DNA of 64,000 nt from Squalus acanthias (taxonomy: Eukaryota), in assembly GCA_030390025.1 (NCBI GenBank), contig CM059433.1:2170001-2234000 (forward strand), given 5' to 3'. Shown one piece after another: positions 61,526-64,000 of this stretch (the stretch's first letter is position 1; each line of letters begins with the position of its first letter). The position numbers were made by a program, and so were the translations under genes. Under the pieces are notes generated by a model. The model had not been told where the DNA came from, searched no databases, and saw only the letters and a program-made list of their open reading frames with translations.

Positions 61526-61984
61526 GTGTCAGCCTTGGCTCAGTGGTAGCACTCTTGCCTCTTAGTCAGAAAGTCGTGCATTCAAGCCCCACTTCAGGAC
61601 TTGAGCACGTGATCTAGGCTGTCACAAGTGCAGTACTGAGGGAGTGCTGTATTGTCAGAGGTGCCGTTTTACAGTTGAGACATTAAATCGAGCCCCTGCC
61701 TGCCCTCTCAGGTGGACATAAAAGATCCCACGGCACTATTCAAGAAGAGCAGGGGAGTTCTCCCAGTGCCATGGCCAATATTTATTTCTCAAACAACATC
61801 ACTAAAACAGTTTATCTGGTCATTTATGTCATTTCTATGTGGAACCTTGCTGTGCACAAATTGACTATTGTGTTTCCTTACATTACCACAGTGACTACAC
61901 TTCAAAGGTATTCTTTTGACAGTAATGCACTTTGGGGCATTCTGAGGTCATGAAAGGAGCTATATAAATGCAAGTTCTTTCTTT
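61526..61984 (+). mobile_element. tRNA-derived Deu-domain SINE (SacSINE1-like)
   Basis: TGGCTCAGTGG A box, Deu-like core, GCTATATAAATGCAAGTTCTTTCTTT tail. Confidence 0.87.
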
Positions 61985-62009
61985 GTTATTGTAGAGTAGT
62001 TCTACAACA

Positions 62010-63810
62010 TTGGAGATCATTTTCACATGTATAACATTAAGTTTGAGAGTGATGTAATCCAATCTGAAACTAAGGTCTTCAATCTAAACAGAGGAAACTA
62101 CAAGGGTATGAGGGACAAGTTGGCCATGGTAGATTGGGAGACTACACTAAAAGGTATGAAGGTGGACATACAATGGCTAACATTCAAGGAAATAATGCAT
62201 AATTTGCAACAAACATATATTCCTCGAGGGCATAAAAACCCAAAAGGAAAAGTGATCCAACCATGGCTAACAAAAGAAATTAAAGCTAGTATTAAGTCAA
62301 AGGAGGAAGCTTATAAAGTTGCCAGAAAAAGCAGTCAGCCTGAGGATTGGGATCTTTTTAGAAATCAGCAAAGGGGGACCAAGAAATTGATAAAGAAAGG
62401 GAAAATGGAATATGAGCACAAACTAGCGCAAAATATAAAAGCGGATTGTAAAAGCTTCTATAGGTATGTGAAAAGGAAAAGACTGTAGTTCCTTTACAGT
62501 CAAAGACAAGAGAATTTATAATGGGGAATGAGGAAATGGCAGAGAAATTAAATAAATACTTTGTTTCTGTCTTCACGGAGGAAGACACAAAAAACCTCCC
62601 AGAAATATGAGAAAACCAAGGGTTGGCGAGAATGAGGAACTTAAAGAAATTATTATTAATAAAAAAACAGTACTTGCAAAATTAATGGGACTAAAAGTCG
62701 ACAAATCCCAAGGAGCGGATGACCTACATCCTAGGGTTTTGAAAGAGGTGGCCATTGGGATAGTGGACGCATTGGTTGTCATCTTCCAAAATTCTGTAGA
62801 TTCTGGAACGGTTCCTGCAGATTGGAGGATAGCAAATGTAACACCGCTATTTAAGAAAGGAGGGAGAGCGAAAACGGGGAACTACAGACCTGTTAGCCTC
62901 ACATCATTAGTTGGGAAAATGCTGGAATCTATTATAAAGGATTCAATAACTGGGCACTTAGAAACTAACAGTAAGATTGGGCGGAGTCAATATGGATTTA
63001 TGAAAGGGAAGTCCTGTTTAACAAACCTATTGGAGTTCTTTGAGGATGTAACTAGTGGAGTAGACAGGGGAACTGGTAGATGTGGTGTATCTGGATTTTC
63101 AGAAGGCCTTCGATAAGGTCCCACACAAGAGGTTGGTGAACAAAATTAGGGCACATGGAATTGGGGGTAATATACTAGCATGGATTGAGAATTGGTTAAC
63201 AGACAGAAAACAAAGAGTAGGGATAAACGGGTCTTTTTCAGGATGGCAGGCTGTGACTAGTGGGGTACCGCAAGGATCGGTGCTTGGGCCCCAGCTATTC
63301 ACAATCTATATCAATGATTTGGATGAGGGGACTAAATGTAACATTTCCAAATTTGCTGATGATACAAAGCTAGGTGGCAGTGGCAGTTGGGAAGAGGCTT
63401 CAAGGGGATCTCGACAGACACAGTGAGTGGGCGAGAACATGGCAGATGGAATATAATGTGGATAAATGTGAAGTTATCCACTTTGGTAGAAAAAACAGAA
63501 AGGCAGAGTATTTCCTAAATGGTGAAAGATTGGGGAATGCAGATGCTCAAAGGGACCTGGGTGTCCTTGTACATGAGTCACTGAAAGTGAATGTGCAGGT
63601 GCAGCAAGCCATTAGGAAGGCAAATGGTATGCTGGCCTTCATTACAAGAAGATTTGAGTGCAGGAGTAAAGAAGTCTTACTCCAATCATATAGGGCCTTG
63701 GTGAGACCACACCTGGAGTACTGTGTACAATTTTGGTCTCCTTAGCTAAGGAAGGATATACTTGCCATAGAGGGAGTGCAACGAAGGTTCACGAGATTGA
63801 TTCCTGGATA
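62010..63810 (+). mobile_element. CR1 LINE ORF2 1.8-kb fragment with frameshifts and stops
   Basis: [56 protein letters not shown]. Confidence 0.95.
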
Positions 63811-64000
63811 GAAACATAGAAGATAGGAGCAGGAGTAGGCCATTCAGCCCCTCGAGCCTGCTCTGCCATTCGATGAGATCATGGCTGATCATCCAAACAC
63901 AGTACCCTGTACCTGCCTTCTCCCCATATCCCTTGATACCTTTAGCTTTAAGAAATATATCTAACTCATTCTTGAATATATTTAATGACTTGGCCTCAAC
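63811..64000 (-). mobile_element. CR1 3' end, opposite orientation, runs off the window
   Basis: gaaacatagaagataggagcaggagtaggccattcagcccctcgagcc. Confidence 0.85.

Noticed and set aside
62027..63745. Intact reverse transcriptase gene
   Set aside because: Split over several frames by frameshifts and stops; dead CR1 copy
51049..64000. Terminal NBAS exon (VNDSNCD...-like)
   Set aside because: Not found by eye or in the ORF track; presumably downstream of the window

Overview
Eukaryotic (vertebrate) DNA, not prokaryotic. The repeat content points to a cartilaginous fish, most likely a shark; this is an inference and the species cannot be called. The whole window lies inside NBAS (+ strand). 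It holds nine consecutive GT-AG coding exons (251, 335, 219, 203, 90, 196, 140, 145 and 129 nt) that splice into one open frame matching the C-terminal part of NBAS, equivalent to about human exons 43-51 (numbering from recall). I did not find the preceding exon or the terminal exon. The introns are filled with CR1, L2, a second CR1/L2-group LINE, an RTE 3' end, two tRNA-derived SINE families, several PIF/Harbinger-type elements with TIRs and 3-bp TSDs (one keeps a Myb/SANT remnant), Penelope-like short repeats and G/C-rich minisatellites. Most notable: (1) a minimal type I hammerhead ribozyme motif in the pre-mRNA sense; (2) two nested inverted repeat pairs bracketing an in-frame 426-nt three-exon block, a candidate stop-free circRNA; (3) a head-to-head L2 inverted pair with about 1.2 kb arms; (4) two strong small hairpins; (5) an unclassified ~300-bp duplicated segment. 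Most ORF-track entries are TE fragments or low-complexity artefacts. Repeat boundaries are approximate; exon boundaries were read base by base.
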